Of a stretch of DNA of 64,000 bases, positions 1-12,164 are shown in pieces. Position numbers and translations under genes: made by a program. The stretch lies in assembly GCA_018971685.1 (NCBI GenBank), contig JAGXAG010000004.1:2416-66415 (forward strand), in the 5' to 3' direction. Under the pieces are notes generated by a model that was given only the letters and a program-made list of their open reading frames with translations, ran no database searches and had not been told where the DNA came from. The first letter of the stretch is position 1. Each line of letters starts with the position of its first letter. This stretch comes from Patescibacteria group bacterium. Lineage in GTDB: Bacteria > Patescibacteriota > Minisyncoccia > Phycocordibacterales > PALSA-1337.

Positions 1-151
1 CTAGTCCGTAGGAAATTTTGATTTTGGGAGACATAACGGCTTTGGGTTAAATTTTCCGTACTATGAACAATGGTAACAGATTTTGATGAATGTTTCTGGG
101 GGCGCGAGTGGATAAATATATGACTGCTTTGCCGGCTGGTCCGGCGCGTCG

Positions 152-1546
152 TCATACCCCTTGCCGTGAAAGTATTGCTTGGGCGGTTTGTAGAGCAATG
201 CGGATATCCAGAGTGAGTGAACGGTTTTTGATATAATACATATCATAGAACAATTTATTGCGCGCTTCGCTTGCATTGACTTCGTGATGGGGATGTTTTT
301 TGTGGTATATTTGCGCCCAGCCGGATAGGCCCGGTTTTATCAGATGTCTGATGTCGTAATAAGGGATTTCTTTTTTGTAAATGGCGACAAGCGACGGAAA
401 TTCCGGCCTGGGGCCTATCAACGATTGGTCGCCTTTGAGAACGCTCCAAAGCTGGGGCAGTTCGTCTATGCGAGTGAAGCGCAATATTTTGCCCACGCGC
501 GTAACCGTCAAAGAAGTTTTACCGCCGTTAGAACCGTACGCACCGCCGTCGTTGCCCGTCATACTCCTAAATTTAGTAATCTCGATCGGCTTACCATTAC
601 GGCCTATGCGCTCTTGGCGGATGAAAATCCGACCGCGATCTTCGATCTTTATCGCCAGGTAGATGAACGGGTAAACGGCAAGCGAAACCAGCCCGACAAC
701 AGACGCTATGGCTATGTCCATAACCCTTTTGAGCGAATCGTAGACCTTATGGCCGCCGAGCGCGCCGGCGTTTTCCAACAGCCATCTTTCGCCGACCATG
801 GAAAGCGGGATGCGGTCGAATACAGCTTCATAAAGCCTGCCGGCATCGATCACTTGTTTGCCAGAGAAAATCTGGGAATACAGAAACGGCATAGCCGATT
901 CCACAGTCTTGTCGTGTAAATCAGCCACTATTATCGACGCGGCGTTTTTCGACAAGGATTCGGAAATTCTTTCCGGCAAACCGGCGGTGTTCGGGCCGAG
1001 AGCGATCCGATCGGTAAAAAGCACGCCGTAATTGCCGCCGGCATTGATTTCGTCGAAAAGATCATCGATATCGTCGCCGACACCTACAAGAATCGCCGCC
1101 TGCGGCTTGGACACGATCAAAACCGGAAACATTATCGTCCGCCAGAGGAATAGAAGCGCGGTCGATATTACGAAAAATATCGCGAGATTGGCTTTCGGCG
1201 TGATCAATACCGGCGCCAGATAGAAAAAAGTGGTGCCGACGAATATATTTGCGATTTGTGCTTTTATGAGCAGTCCTTGGATCTTTCCGCGGCCGAAAGC
1301 GGATTGTTTGTCGTAAAGCCCGGCGCTGAAGTTAACTATCACGAACAACACAAAAAGTACGGAAAATGACGGTATGTGGTCGGAAAGCAAGTTGCGGTCC
1401 GGCAATTGGCCGTAGCGAACAGTCAAGGTGAGTATGAGCGAGAACAGATAGGCGACCAGATCGCCCGCAATCAGTATTAAAGCCCTTTTTGAATTGGTCA
1501 CGCGCGTCATGGCGCGTACAATACCATGATTTGCCCGATAATTCAA
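152..1546 (-). CDS. polyprenyl-phosphate sugar-1-phosphate transferase (bacterial sugar transferase, WbaP/PssY-like)
   Basis: 464-aa ORF. N-terminal hydrophobic segments, then the conserved C-terminal block IGPRPEFPSLVAIYKKEIPYYDIRHLIKPGLSGWAQI...YDMYYIKNRSLTLDIRI, which is the signature of bacterial sugar transferases (PF02397). Confidence 0.8.
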   Translation of the reverse strand: MNYRANHGIVRAMTRVTNSKRALILIAGDLVAYLFSLILTLTVRYGQLPDRNLLSDHIPSFSVLFVLFVIVNFSAGLYDKQSAFGRGKIQGLLIKAQIANIFVGTTFFYLAPVLITPKANLAIFFVISTALLFLWRTIMFPVLIVSKPQAAILVGVGDDIDDLFDEINAGGNYGVLFTDRIALGPNTAGLPERISESLSKNAASIIVADLHDKTVESAMPFLYSQIFSGKQVIDAGRLYEAVFDRIPLSMVGERWLLENAGALGGHKVYDSLKRVMDIAIASVVGLVSLAVYPFIYLAIKIEDRGRIFIRQERIGRNGKPIEITKFRSMTGNDGGAYGSNGGKTSLTVTRVGKILRFTRIDELPQLWSVLKGDQSLIGPRPEFPSLVAIYKKEIPYYDIRHLIKPGLSGWAQIYHKKHPHHEVNASEARNKLFYDMYYIKNRSLTLDIRIALQTAQAILSRQGV

Positions 1547-1565
1547 TGCATGGTACTTTTAGGAT

Positions 1566-2732
1566 GTGAAGATTCTATACATAATCACCAAATCCAATTG
1601 GGGCGGCGCGCAAAGGCATGTTTACGACCTTGCGACGGCCGTAAAAAGCAAAGGCCATACGCCGATTGTGGCCCTTGGCGGCGATGGCGTGTTGATGAAA
1701 CGACTCGAGGACGCCGGCGTCAAGACGCATACCATAAGCCAGCTTGGCAAGAATATTTCCTTGGATAAAGACGCGGCTTCATTCAAGGATATATTTAGGA
1801 TAATAAAAAGGGAGAAACCCGATATTTTGCACCTGCACAGTCCGAAGGCTGCCGGACTGGGCGCGCTGGCCGGCAGAACATCTGGGGTGAAAAAGATATT
1901 AGTGACCGTGCACGGCTTTTCATTCAATGAAGATCGGCCGACTGCGCAAAAATTGTTGATAACTTTTTTCTCTTGGCTGACGATGCTCCTCGCGCACAAA
2001 ACTGTCCTACTTTCGGAAAAGGAGTATTCTCAGGCGCTTCGTTTCCCCGGCGTGAAAAACAAACTGTCTTTGATTCCGCTAGGCATAAAACAACCCGTAT
2101 TCATCTCCATTGACGGCGCTAAACGAGAAATCAGCCGCCTGATCTGTATGGACCCAAATGAGTTCAGCAAACGGATCTTGATAGGCACGCTTGCCGAGCT
2201 TCATCCGAACAAAGGACTGCCTTATCTAGTCAATGCCTTGGAACAGACAGTAAAAAGTCACCCGAATGTTGCGTGTGTGATCGTCGGAGACGGCCAAGAC
2301 GCAGCCGCACTCCACCTAATGGTAAAAGACAAGAAACTCGAGAACAATGTTTTTTTGACCGGTTATTTGGAAAACGCCTCGGAATATTTGAAAGCGTTCA
2401 ACATATTCGTCCTGCCGTCGATCAAAGAGGGCTTGCCTTATGCCATATTGGAAGCGGCCTACGCTTCTTTGCCGGTTGTCGCCACTACCGTCGGCGGCAT
2501 ACCGGAAATCGTCGAAGACATGAAATCCGGCGTCCTGGTCCAACCAAAAAATTCCAAAGAGTTGGCTCACGCGCTTTCCTTCATGATCGAGCATCCTCAC
2601 ATGCGCCGCGAATACGGCGCTGCCCTGCGCGAGTCCGTGGCGCAGAAGTTCTCATTGGAAAAGATGATTGACGCGATATCAGCATTGTATAACCAAACGA
2701 GGTGGAACCTCGTTAACGATGTTCCACATTAA
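1566..2732 (+). CDS. glycosyltransferase, GT4 (GT-B fold) family
   Basis: 388-aa ORF. C-terminal EGLPYAILEAAYASLPVVATTVGGIPEIVED is the GT4 E-x7-E nucleotide-sugar binding region. Divergently adjacent to the sugar transferase. Confidence 0.8.
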   Translation: MKILYIITKSNWGGAQRHVYDLATAVKSKGHTPIVALGGDGVLMKRLEDAGVKTHTISQLGKNISLDKDAASFKDIFRIIKREKPDILHLHSPKAAGLGALAGRTSGVKKILVTVHGFSFNEDRPTAQKLLITFFSWLTMLLAHKTVLLSEKEYSQALRFPGVKNKLSLIPLGIKQPVFISIDGAKREISRLICMDPNEFSKRILIGTLAELHPNKGLPYLVNALEQTVKSHPNVACVIVGDGQDAAALHLMVKDKKLENNVFLTGYLENASEYLKAFNIFVLPSIKEGLPYAILEAAYASLPVVATTVGGIPEIVEDMKSGVLVQPKNSKELAHALSFMIEHPHMRREYGAALRESVAQKFSLEKMIDAISALYNQTRWNLVNDVPH

Positions 2733-2733
2733 G

Positions 2734-3858
2734 TCATTGCGGCCCAACAAACTCATTCTTCACCTCCGACTTGTGCGCCGGGCGTTCGTATTTCCGCATT
2801 GCCATCAATAGGCCGAGCGCAACAAATTCCGTAAACAGGTGCGTACCGCCATAACTCATGAGCGGCAAAGGTGTGCCGGTCACCGGCAGGATGTGAATGT
2901 TCATTCCCACATTCACGGCAATATGAACAACGAAAAAGATCGCCACCCCGGCGCCGTATAGAATCTCGAAATTGGTCGCGCCGCGTGTGGCGTTTTTGAT
3001 GATGCGCCAAATGATCACTCCGTAAAGCGAAAAGAGGATGACTATGCCGGCAAAGCCCCATTCTTCAGCAAAAGCCGCAAAAATAAAATCTGTTTGGTAT
3101 TCCGGCAGAAACTTCAGGCGAGACTGCGTGCCGTAACCGACTCCTTTGCCCCAAAGCTCGCCAGAACCGACCGCGATCATCGATTGATAGGCGTTATATC
3201 CTGCGCCTTGGATATCAGCCAGAGGGTGGATGAAATTGCGTATGCGGTCTTTCTGATATCCCTTGAAACCGAAATTCCAAAGCAAAATAAATGCCAATAT
3301 TGCAACCGCCATCATGCCGAAAAGGTGCTTCTTGGAAATTCCCGAGACCATGACAATACCGAGCCAAATCAAGAAAATTATCATCGCCGAACCAAGATCG
3401 GGGTGTAACAATACCAAGATGAAAAAAACAAAAGCATAAAAGCCTGACACCAGAATGTGGCGGATATTGGCGATCTCGATATGCCGCCGCGAAAAATATT
3501 TCGCCAGAATGACGATGAGCGCCAATTTTGCGAAATCAGACGGCTGGAAAGAAAATCCGCCGAACGAAAACCAGCTCTGCGCGCCGTGTGAAATCTTGCC
3601 GAGTCCGAACAGAGCCGCCAGCAAAATCACCGATACGGCAAAGAGCGCAGCCGAAGCCCAGGTTGACCGCAAGAAGCGCAGATCTGCGGTACTCAGGGCG
3701 AAAAAAACCGCAATAGATACGATTATCCAGATGAATTGATGCGCCGCAAACGAAGTATCGCCAGTGAACGAATGCATCGTCACCAGGCTGGCGGCCAATA
3801 TGGGAAGTGTCGCCAGGAATAGCACCCAATCGATGTTGTCGAAAGCTTTCCTGATCAT
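2734..3858 (-). CDS. FtsW/RodA/SpoVE family peptidoglycan glycosyltransferase (SEDS)
   Basis: Polytopic membrane protein with SEDS-family blocks (…GAGYNAYQSMIAVGSGELWGKGVGYGTQS…FIFAAFAEEWGF…). The ORF track extends to 3957, but the likely start is the internal Met (MIRKAFDNIDW), which removes the overlap with the upstream gene. Confidence 0.8.
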   Translation of the reverse strand: MIRKAFDNIDWVLFLATLPILAASLVTMHSFTGDTSFAAHQFIWIIVSIAVFFALSTADLRFLRSTWASAALFAVSVILLAALFGLGKISHGAQSWFSFGGFSFQPSDFAKLALIVILAKYFSRRHIEIANIRHILVSGFYAFVFFILVLLHPDLGSAMIIFLIWLGIVMVSGISKKHLFGMMAVAILAFILLWNFGFKGYQKDRIRNFIHPLADIQGAGYNAYQSMIAVGSGELWGKGVGYGTQSRLKFLPEYQTDFIFAAFAEEWGFAGIVILFSLYGVIIWRIIKNATRGATNFEILYGAGVAIFFVVHIAVNVGMNIHILPVTGTPLPLMSYGGTHLFTEFVALGLLMAMRKYERPAHKSEVKNEFVGPQ

Positions 3859-3862
3859 TTCT

Positions 3863-4618
3863 CTATTCTGCCACAGGAAGAACTTCAATGGAAACAACCG
3901 CGCCATGGCGGTCAACCGGCCAGGTGAAAGGCGCAGTAACGGTCGCGCCGGCGGCAATGCTGTCGATTATTGTCTTGGAAAATCCGATTGCATTGTTGTT
4001 TTTGTCATAAAGCACGACATAGACCGAAATACGGCCTACCGGCAATACACCGTTATTTTTCAAAGTCGCCGTAAGCGCCGAACCGGTTTCGTCTTCACGG
4101 TATTGCTTGTCTGTTACCGATAAATACACCAGGCGATCAGCTTGTTTGTGCCAATTAGGTATGCCGGTAAATTCAAAAAGCGCTTTGGACGGTACTCTTT
4201 GACCGGTATTGACCGCACCTTGAAAAGCCAAGACATTTCGGTGGGGCGGCAAAGTCACCGTGCCGTCGTATTCGACAATGAGTACGCCGCGATTGTCGTA
4301 TAACTGCACATGATACGGCACGCCGAACGCTTCGCCATCTATGTTCGGATTCTCTATGTATGTCGCAATGTTGTACAAACCCGGCGCAACCTCTTCAAAC
4401 CTGGTCCAATCCGTAACCGGCGTCAGAAAGGCGCTCGGACAGAGTTTGACGCACGAGCCGCCGCAATCGACCCCCGTTTCGTTGCCATCTTTGATACCGT
4501 CAAAACAGCTCGGCGCTTTGTAGAATACCTTCCACGCCGGCACGGCGATAGCTACGAGCAATATTATTATCACCCCGCCGCCATATAATAATTTTCTTTG
4601 CTTAGCCCAGGAAACCAT
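3863..4618 (-). CDS. hypothetical membrane-anchored exported protein
   Basis: 251 aa. Single N-terminal TM helix (GVIIILLVAIAV), Cys-rich segment (CFDGIKDGNETGVDCGGSCVKLC). No recognisable catalytic motif. Confidence 0.45.
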   Translation of the reverse strand: MVSWAKQRKLLYGGGVIIILLVAIAVPAWKVFYKAPSCFDGIKDGNETGVDCGGSCVKLCPSAFLTPVTDWTRFEEVAPGLYNIATYIENPNIDGEAFGVPYHVQLYDNRGVLIVEYDGTVTLPPHRNVLAFQGAVNTGQRVPSKALFEFTGIPNWHKQADRLVYLSVTDKQYREDETGSALTATLKNNGVLPVGRISVYVVLYDKNNNAIGFSKTIIDSIAAGATVTAPFTWPVDRHGAVVSIEVLPVAE

Positions 4619-4625
4619 TTGGATT

Positions 4626-5546
4626 TTACAATTGTCGAGATGTTGGTGGCGTATATGTTCTCAATTCTTGAGTAGAATATTGGCCGGTAATGACAACAAA
4701 ACCAATGATAATCAAAACTAATACGGCCACTGCGCCAAAAACTAAGAAAACTTTAAGCCAGATCCTGAATGTCTCGGTAAGAACTTGGCCGGAACGGGTA
4801 GCCTTTAGCGACTCGTACATTTTGTAGAGGTAGGCGGTAGCGAACGGACCTACCGTAACAGCCATTACTATATTTGCAAGCGATGTCAATACAACGGACG
4901 AAAACGACCCTATGCCAAACAATACGCTTATAAGCGACACGACAATGCCTTCAATGACCACATAGCAAGCCAACACCAACAAGGCCAATATTATCAACCG
5001 GCCGAATACTTTCCACCACCTGCCTTTTATTAGACTGAAGCTCTCCGAAAAGGCGTTGAAACCTCTTTTGTTGTCAACGAACAAGGTCATCGCGTACACG
5101 GCCGCATATACGCTGATTATTATTCCCGGAAAGACAAATAGAATAAACGATCCTCCGAATACTAGAGCTTGTATTACAATGATCAATACGAAAGGCCAAA
5201 AGTATCTGAAACCGAAAGAATACTGATCTCCGACAGAAAGTTTCGCCGAGGCATTGTTGGAATATTGCTTAACAGCGTCTATTAGCGCACCCTGCATAAC
5301 AAACGACAGTATGACGGCCAAAATTGACAGTATTAGAGCAACGATAACCATAACGCCTGCCCCAGTGGCCATGAGCATCTGGCTTACGAATGTCAATATC
5401 GACGGTATGACGGCTATGGCCGCCAACATTCGCCAATGTGCCTTGAATAAATTCCAGGCGCTCTTTATAAGCTCGCTCGGACCCGCCAAGCGAAAATTCA
5501 CCGAGGTGTTTTCGGGCGTGATATTGGAAATGACATTTGGTTCCAT
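4626..5546 (-). CDS. hypothetical polytopic membrane protein
   Basis: 306 aa, about 6 predicted hydrophobic helices. No family recognised by eye. Confidence 0.45.
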   Translation of the reverse strand: MEPNVISNITPENTSVNFRLAGPSELIKSAWNLFKAHWRMLAAIAVIPSILTFVSQMLMATGAGVMVIVALILSILAVILSFVMQGALIDAVKQYSNNASAKLSVGDQYSFGFRYFWPFVLIIVIQALVFGGSFILFVFPGIIISVYAAVYAMTLFVDNKRGFNAFSESFSLIKGRWWKVFGRLIILALLVLACYVVIEGIVVSLISVLFGIGSFSSVVLTSLANIVMAVTVGPFATAYLYKMYESLKATRSGQVLTETFRIWLKVFLVFGAVAVLVLIIIGFVVITGQYSTQELRTYTPPTSRQL

Positions 5547-5663
5547 GTTAGTAATGATTGCTTAATGATAATTGTAACATTACCATTATCCCAAAAAGAA
5601 CGGAAAAAACCAAATGCCGATAATTTGTCATTCGGCCTTTAGTATTTGAAATTTTCTTCATTG

Positions 5664-5783
5664 AATCCTCCGTTCTGGCGGCTAGCTACTTTCGCCAAAA
5701 AGACTATCATCGCCGCAACTGCGTTTCACTGCCGTGTTCGGAATGAGAACGGGTGGTGCCACAGCGCCAAACCACCAGAACGC
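5664..5783 (-). rRNA. rrf: 5S ribosomal RNA
   Basis: The reverse complement reads cctgcgttctggtgg...ccgttctcattccgaacacggcagtgaaacgc...ccgccagaacggagg. Helix I ends pair, and the sequence aligns with the E. coli 5S internal blocks (CCGAACTCAGAAGTGAAACGCCGTAGCGCCGATGG). Confidence 0.85.
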
Positions 5784-6004
5784 AGGATTCAATTTTGACT
5801 GTTGCGCATTCGGTGACGAATGTTAGTTGTGCGTTTCGGCAAATGCTACTCGTAAATGTTGGCATTTTCACAAAGCACAATAGCTCTCGGACATGCACGC
5901 CATTGTGCTTTGGAAAATGCATCAACATTTACTTCACAGCAGAATTGCCTCAACTTACAACTAACATTCGTCACCGAACTAAATAGGTAAACAAAACAAG
6001 CGAC

Positions 6005-9080
<3,076 letters not shown>

Positions 9081-9284
9081 AGAACCGCTTGTTGTTATTT
9101 TACCTACATTGTCCCGGATAGCTCCGATAGGAGCGAAATGGGACATTACTTACTATGTATACCGGAGACGACCGCCGACAGGCGGATAATCCGGTAAACA
9201 TTGCTTGAAGTATTCTATTTTCAAATTTCATTCGTTCTGGGTCGCCAGTCTCAGCTTCTTATGGCTTCGGCTGGGCAAAGAAAA

Positions 9285-9410
9285 ACCGCTTCTTTGAGCG
9301 GCTTAAGGTCACGCTCCCTAAAGAGTGTGGCTCAAGGCCGCGGTATGCAGTTAGTCTCGATAATCATTCTGTGTAGTTGCCATACTACACCATCGGTTTT
9401 TACTGTCAAG
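9285..9410 (-). promoter_or_regulatory. rRNA promoter (-35 TTGACA / 16-nt spacer / -10 TAGTAT) followed by a boxB-like hairpin and a boxA-like element
   Basis: On the minus strand: TTGACAgtaaaaaccgatggtgTAGTAT (plus-strand coordinates about 9409-9382). Downstream leader contains gagccaCACTCTTTAGGgagc (boxA-like, compare GCTCTTTAACAA) and the hairpin ccgctcaaagaagcgg. Confidence 0.5.
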
Positions 9411-9427
9411 ATGGGGACATCTTTGAA

Positions 9428-9506
9428 AACTCAAGGCGAGTCCTCGATATCAATAACTCGCCTTGAGTTTTTATAAAACAGGCGGCCATTCAAGGCCGCC
9501 TGTTTC
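9428..9506. terminator. pair of back-to-back rho-independent terminator hairpins
   Basis: aactcaaggcgag...ctcgccttgagtt followed by ttttt on the plus strand. aaacaggcggcc-attcaa-ggccgcctgttt followed by UUUUAUAA on the minus strand; this one terminates the 9527..10216 gene. Confidence 0.6.
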
Positions 9507-9526
9507 AACAAAACATCCAAGGAAAA

Positions 9527-10216
9527 CTAATCTCTCTCCTGCAAATGCTGGGAAGTTTTTTCGATCCACTTTTGCGCGGCATCCTTGCCGCCGAGTCCAA
9601 AAGCCAGGCCGATCGCCAGAGCCGCTCCGGCAAAAATCGCCGTAATGATCATCTGGATCAGCGCCGGAGCGATACCGAGGGTGATAAGCGCTGTCAGGAT
9701 AGCGAAAATCCAGATCGCCCATTTCGTGACTTTGCCTAGAAATTCTGCTGATTTGATATGGCCGGCCTTGGAACTCGCCACCACCGTCTTGTTCATGGCG
9801 TTTGCAACGACTGCCGAGACCATAAGTATCAAGACCGCGACGATCACTTGCGGCAGATAATTGACGACTTGGCGCAAAAAGTCATTCACTTGTTGCAAAC
9901 CCAAGACATCGAACGCCGCCATCAGGAAGACAACGATGACGAACCATTTGCATAGAACGCCGACAAAGCGACCTGAGTTGAGGTTGTACCCCGCGCGCTT
10001 GACCACATCTTCCATACCGGCGCTCTTCAAGGCCGCGTCCAGCTTCAAAGATTTCAAAATGCTTTCGACCAACCGTTCGACAAGGGCCGCAAGCACCCAG
10101 CCGATGGCAAATATGATAATGGCGATCACTAAACCAGGCACGAAGTTGGCGACTCCATACCATACGCTCTGGAGCGATTGTGTGAAGACATCTCCCCAAT
10201 TTTGAATATACATCAT
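9527..10216 (-). CDS. membrane protein with repeated conserved-TM-helix motifs (mechanosensitive-channel-like, PF05552-like)
   Basis: 229 aa. Three similar hydrophobic repeats (…LVIAIIIFAIGWVLAALVERLV…, …QVIVAVLILMVSAVVANAMNK…, …WAIWIFAILTALITLGIAPALIQ…). Family assignment is from memory of PF05552 and is tentative. Confidence 0.5.
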   Translation of the reverse strand: MMYIQNWGDVFTQSLQSVWYGVANFVPGLVIAIIIFAIGWVLAALVERLVESILKSLKLDAALKSAGMEDVVKRAGYNLNSGRFVGVLCKWFVIVVFLMAAFDVLGLQQVNDFLRQVVNYLPQVIVAVLILMVSAVVANAMNKTVVASSKAGHIKSAEFLGKVTKWAIWIFAILTALITLGIAPALIQMIITAIFAGAALAIGLAFGLGGKDAAQKWIEKTSQHLQERD

Positions 10217-10324
10217 TGTATTATGATTTTAGCTGTTAAATAACATCTTGTAATGCCTCCATTGTATCATGAATAGAAATAGCACCTGCAACAGGCGACT
10301 GTGGATAGGTAAAAGATGGTTCCA

Positions 10325-10951
10325 TCACTGCGGCTCTATACCCAAACGATCAAGCAAGGTGACATGTGGATAGTCAAGTATATCGCGCACTAGACGGTCA
10401 TGGATGCCAAGACGATATTCGAAATCAGGCGTTTCGAATGCCGAATATGAGATTTCTTTGCCGATATCGGCCTCGATATTCGATATGATCGCTTCGATCT
10501 TGTGCATGTTCAATTCATCGCCGACGATCAACAAATCCACGCGCGAATCCCAATTCTGGATAAAAATGCCAGCCGCAATCACCAGCTTTGTTTTGCCGAC
10601 CGCGGAAAAACGCTTTGCCAATGATTCATCGGCTTGTATGCTCACCACGGTCAGCAAATTCTTGAGCGGATCCTTGTAGGCAAATTTCTCGTTGAATACG
10701 AAACCTGCGCCGTTTACTCTCTTCACGGACAGCTTCTTGCCTTTTTTGATTTCGATATCTTTTGCAACCTGTTTTTTCCTGATCAAATCGGCTTTCGCGA
10801 GCAGGTTCAGCTCTTTCTTTACGGCCGCGGCATTGCATTTCGTCCTGGCAACAATCTCTTTCAGGAAAAAAGGCTTTGCTTCATTGAACAGAAACAGTCT
10901 GAGCAGTTTTATTTTGACCTCATTGCCGAATATTGCCGTAAGTGCGTCCAT
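10325..10951 (-). CDS. hypothetical protein with N-terminal winged-helix-like segment
   Basis: 208 aa. N-terminal KIKLLRLFLFNEAKPFFLKEIVARTKCNAAAVKKELNLLAKADLIRKK resembles a wHTH. The remainder is unassigned. Confidence 0.4.
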   Translation of the reverse strand: MDALTAIFGNEVKIKLLRLFLFNEAKPFFLKEIVARTKCNAAAVKKELNLLAKADLIRKKQVAKDIEIKKGKKLSVKRVNGAGFVFNEKFAYKDPLKNLLTVVSIQADESLAKRFSAVGKTKLVIAAGIFIQNWDSRVDLLIVGDELNMHKIEAIISNIEADIGKEISYSAFETPDFEYRLGIHDRLVRDILDYPHVTLLDRLGIEPQ

Positions 10952-11015
10952 TGAATTGAATTACTGCAATATTCTAGCAGACATCGCGGTTTCCTGCACG
11001 GCAAGTTTCGCGAAA

Positions 11016-11480
11016 TTATTTCAACTCAACTTTTCCGCCCGCGGCCTCTATTTGCTTCTTCCAATTTTCGGCGTCTTCTTTCTTCACGCCGTCTTTGAGT
11101 AGAGCCGGCGCGCCATCGACCAAGTCTTTGGCTTCTTTCAAGCCCAATCCCAACACTTCCTTGATCACTTTGATAACTGCAATTTTCTGATCGCCCGCCG
11201 CCGCCAAATGCACCGCGAACACACTCTTTTCATCGCTCGCCGCCGCGCCGGCCGCAGGAGCCGCCGCTTGAGCCGCCGCTTGCGCCGAGACGCCGAACTT
11301 CTTTTCCAGCAATTTCACCAATTCATTCAAGTCAATAACCGACATTTTCTCGATCGCAGTCACAATTTCCTTGAATTTGGCCGGAATGGCTACCGCCTCC
11401 TGATTTGCCTGAACGGTTTCCGTTGTTTTGTTTGTTTCCATGTTTGTTTGATTTGTATAATTTGTATACTTTGATATCAC
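11016..11480 (-). CDS. rplL: 50S ribosomal protein L7/L12
   Basis: …[20 protein letters not shown]…[10 protein letters not shown]…[56 protein letters not shown]. The true start is probably the internal Met (METNK…). Confidence 0.9.
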   Translation of the reverse strand: MISKYTNYTNQTNMETNKTTETVQANQEAVAIPAKFKEIVTAIEKMSVIDLNELVKLLEKKFGVSAQAAAQAAAPAAGAAASDEKSVFAVHLAAAGDQKIAVIKVIKEVLGLGLKEAKDLVDGAPALLKDGVKKEDAENWKKQIEAAGGKVELK

Positions 11481-11965
11481 GATTTCTTTTTACTGATGCT
11501 ATCCAGGGCTATCACCAATCCCTGTATCGGCGAATTGACCACATTCACGAACATGCCATACAGAGTCTGCAGAGGCGGTATGGCGGCAATCGCCGTCATT
11601 TCTTCCTTCGCCATGAATTTGCCGTCGAAAACGCCGCCGACAATCGATACCTGGTCCTTGAATTTCTTTTGGAATTCATACACGCCTCTGGCCGGTGCGA
11701 CCAGATCGGTGCCATACGCCAAGCCGGACTCGCCAACCAATGTTGGTTGCGTGCCCGAGAATTTTTTGGCCTCGAGCGCTTTTTCGGTCAAGGTCTTCTT
11801 GGCTACAAAATAGCCCACGCCGTCTTGTTTCAATTGCCGGCGCATCGCCGAAGCATCGGCCACCTTGAGTCCGTGGAAATTGACGAAAACTAGCGACTTG
11901 GACGCGTCGATGATTTTGCCCAATTTCTCGATGATTTCTTTCTTTTGTTCTTTTGTTCTTGCCAT
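11477..11965 (-). CDS. rplJ: 50S ribosomal protein L10
   Basis: [50 protein letters not shown]…, typical L10. Overlaps rplL by 4 nt, consistent with an operon. Confidence 0.9.
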   Translation of the reverse strand: MARTKEQKKEIIEKLGKIIDASKSLVFVNFHGLKVADASAMRRQLKQDGVGYFVAKKTLTEKALEAKKFSGTQPTLVGESGLAYGTDLVAPARGVYEFQKKFKDQVSIVGGVFDGKFMAKEEMTAIAAIPPLQTLYGMFVNVVNSPIQGLVIALDSISKKKS

Positions 11966-12164
11966 GCTTGTTAGTCTTATTTTTGTAAATAAAATCGACC
12001 TTTATTGGTTAAAGGCCGACTTTAAGAGAGAAAACCTCGGGAGGACTTACTGATCGCCTCCTGTCTTTGGCCTTGTAGTTAAATTATTATCATAACAGCC
12101 GATCGAACGCAAGGTCTTCATCATTTTCCTGTATTCGATAACTATCCATGGAATTCCTCGGAAC
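11966..12164 (-). promoter_or_regulatory. putative structured rplJ leader (candidate L10 autoregulatory leader)
   Basis: A 200-nt untranslated stretch upstream of rplJ with several local hairpins (ttaaag-gccga-cttta-a; ggagg…cctcc). Structure and function not verified. Confidence 0.3.

Noticed and set aside
9100-9376. Looked for a spacer or flanking tRNA (Ile/Ala) and for 16S sequence upstream of the 23S
   Set aside because: No T-arm/acceptor pattern or 16S signature could be recognised. The region is instead consistent with an rRNA leader (boxA/boxB-like).
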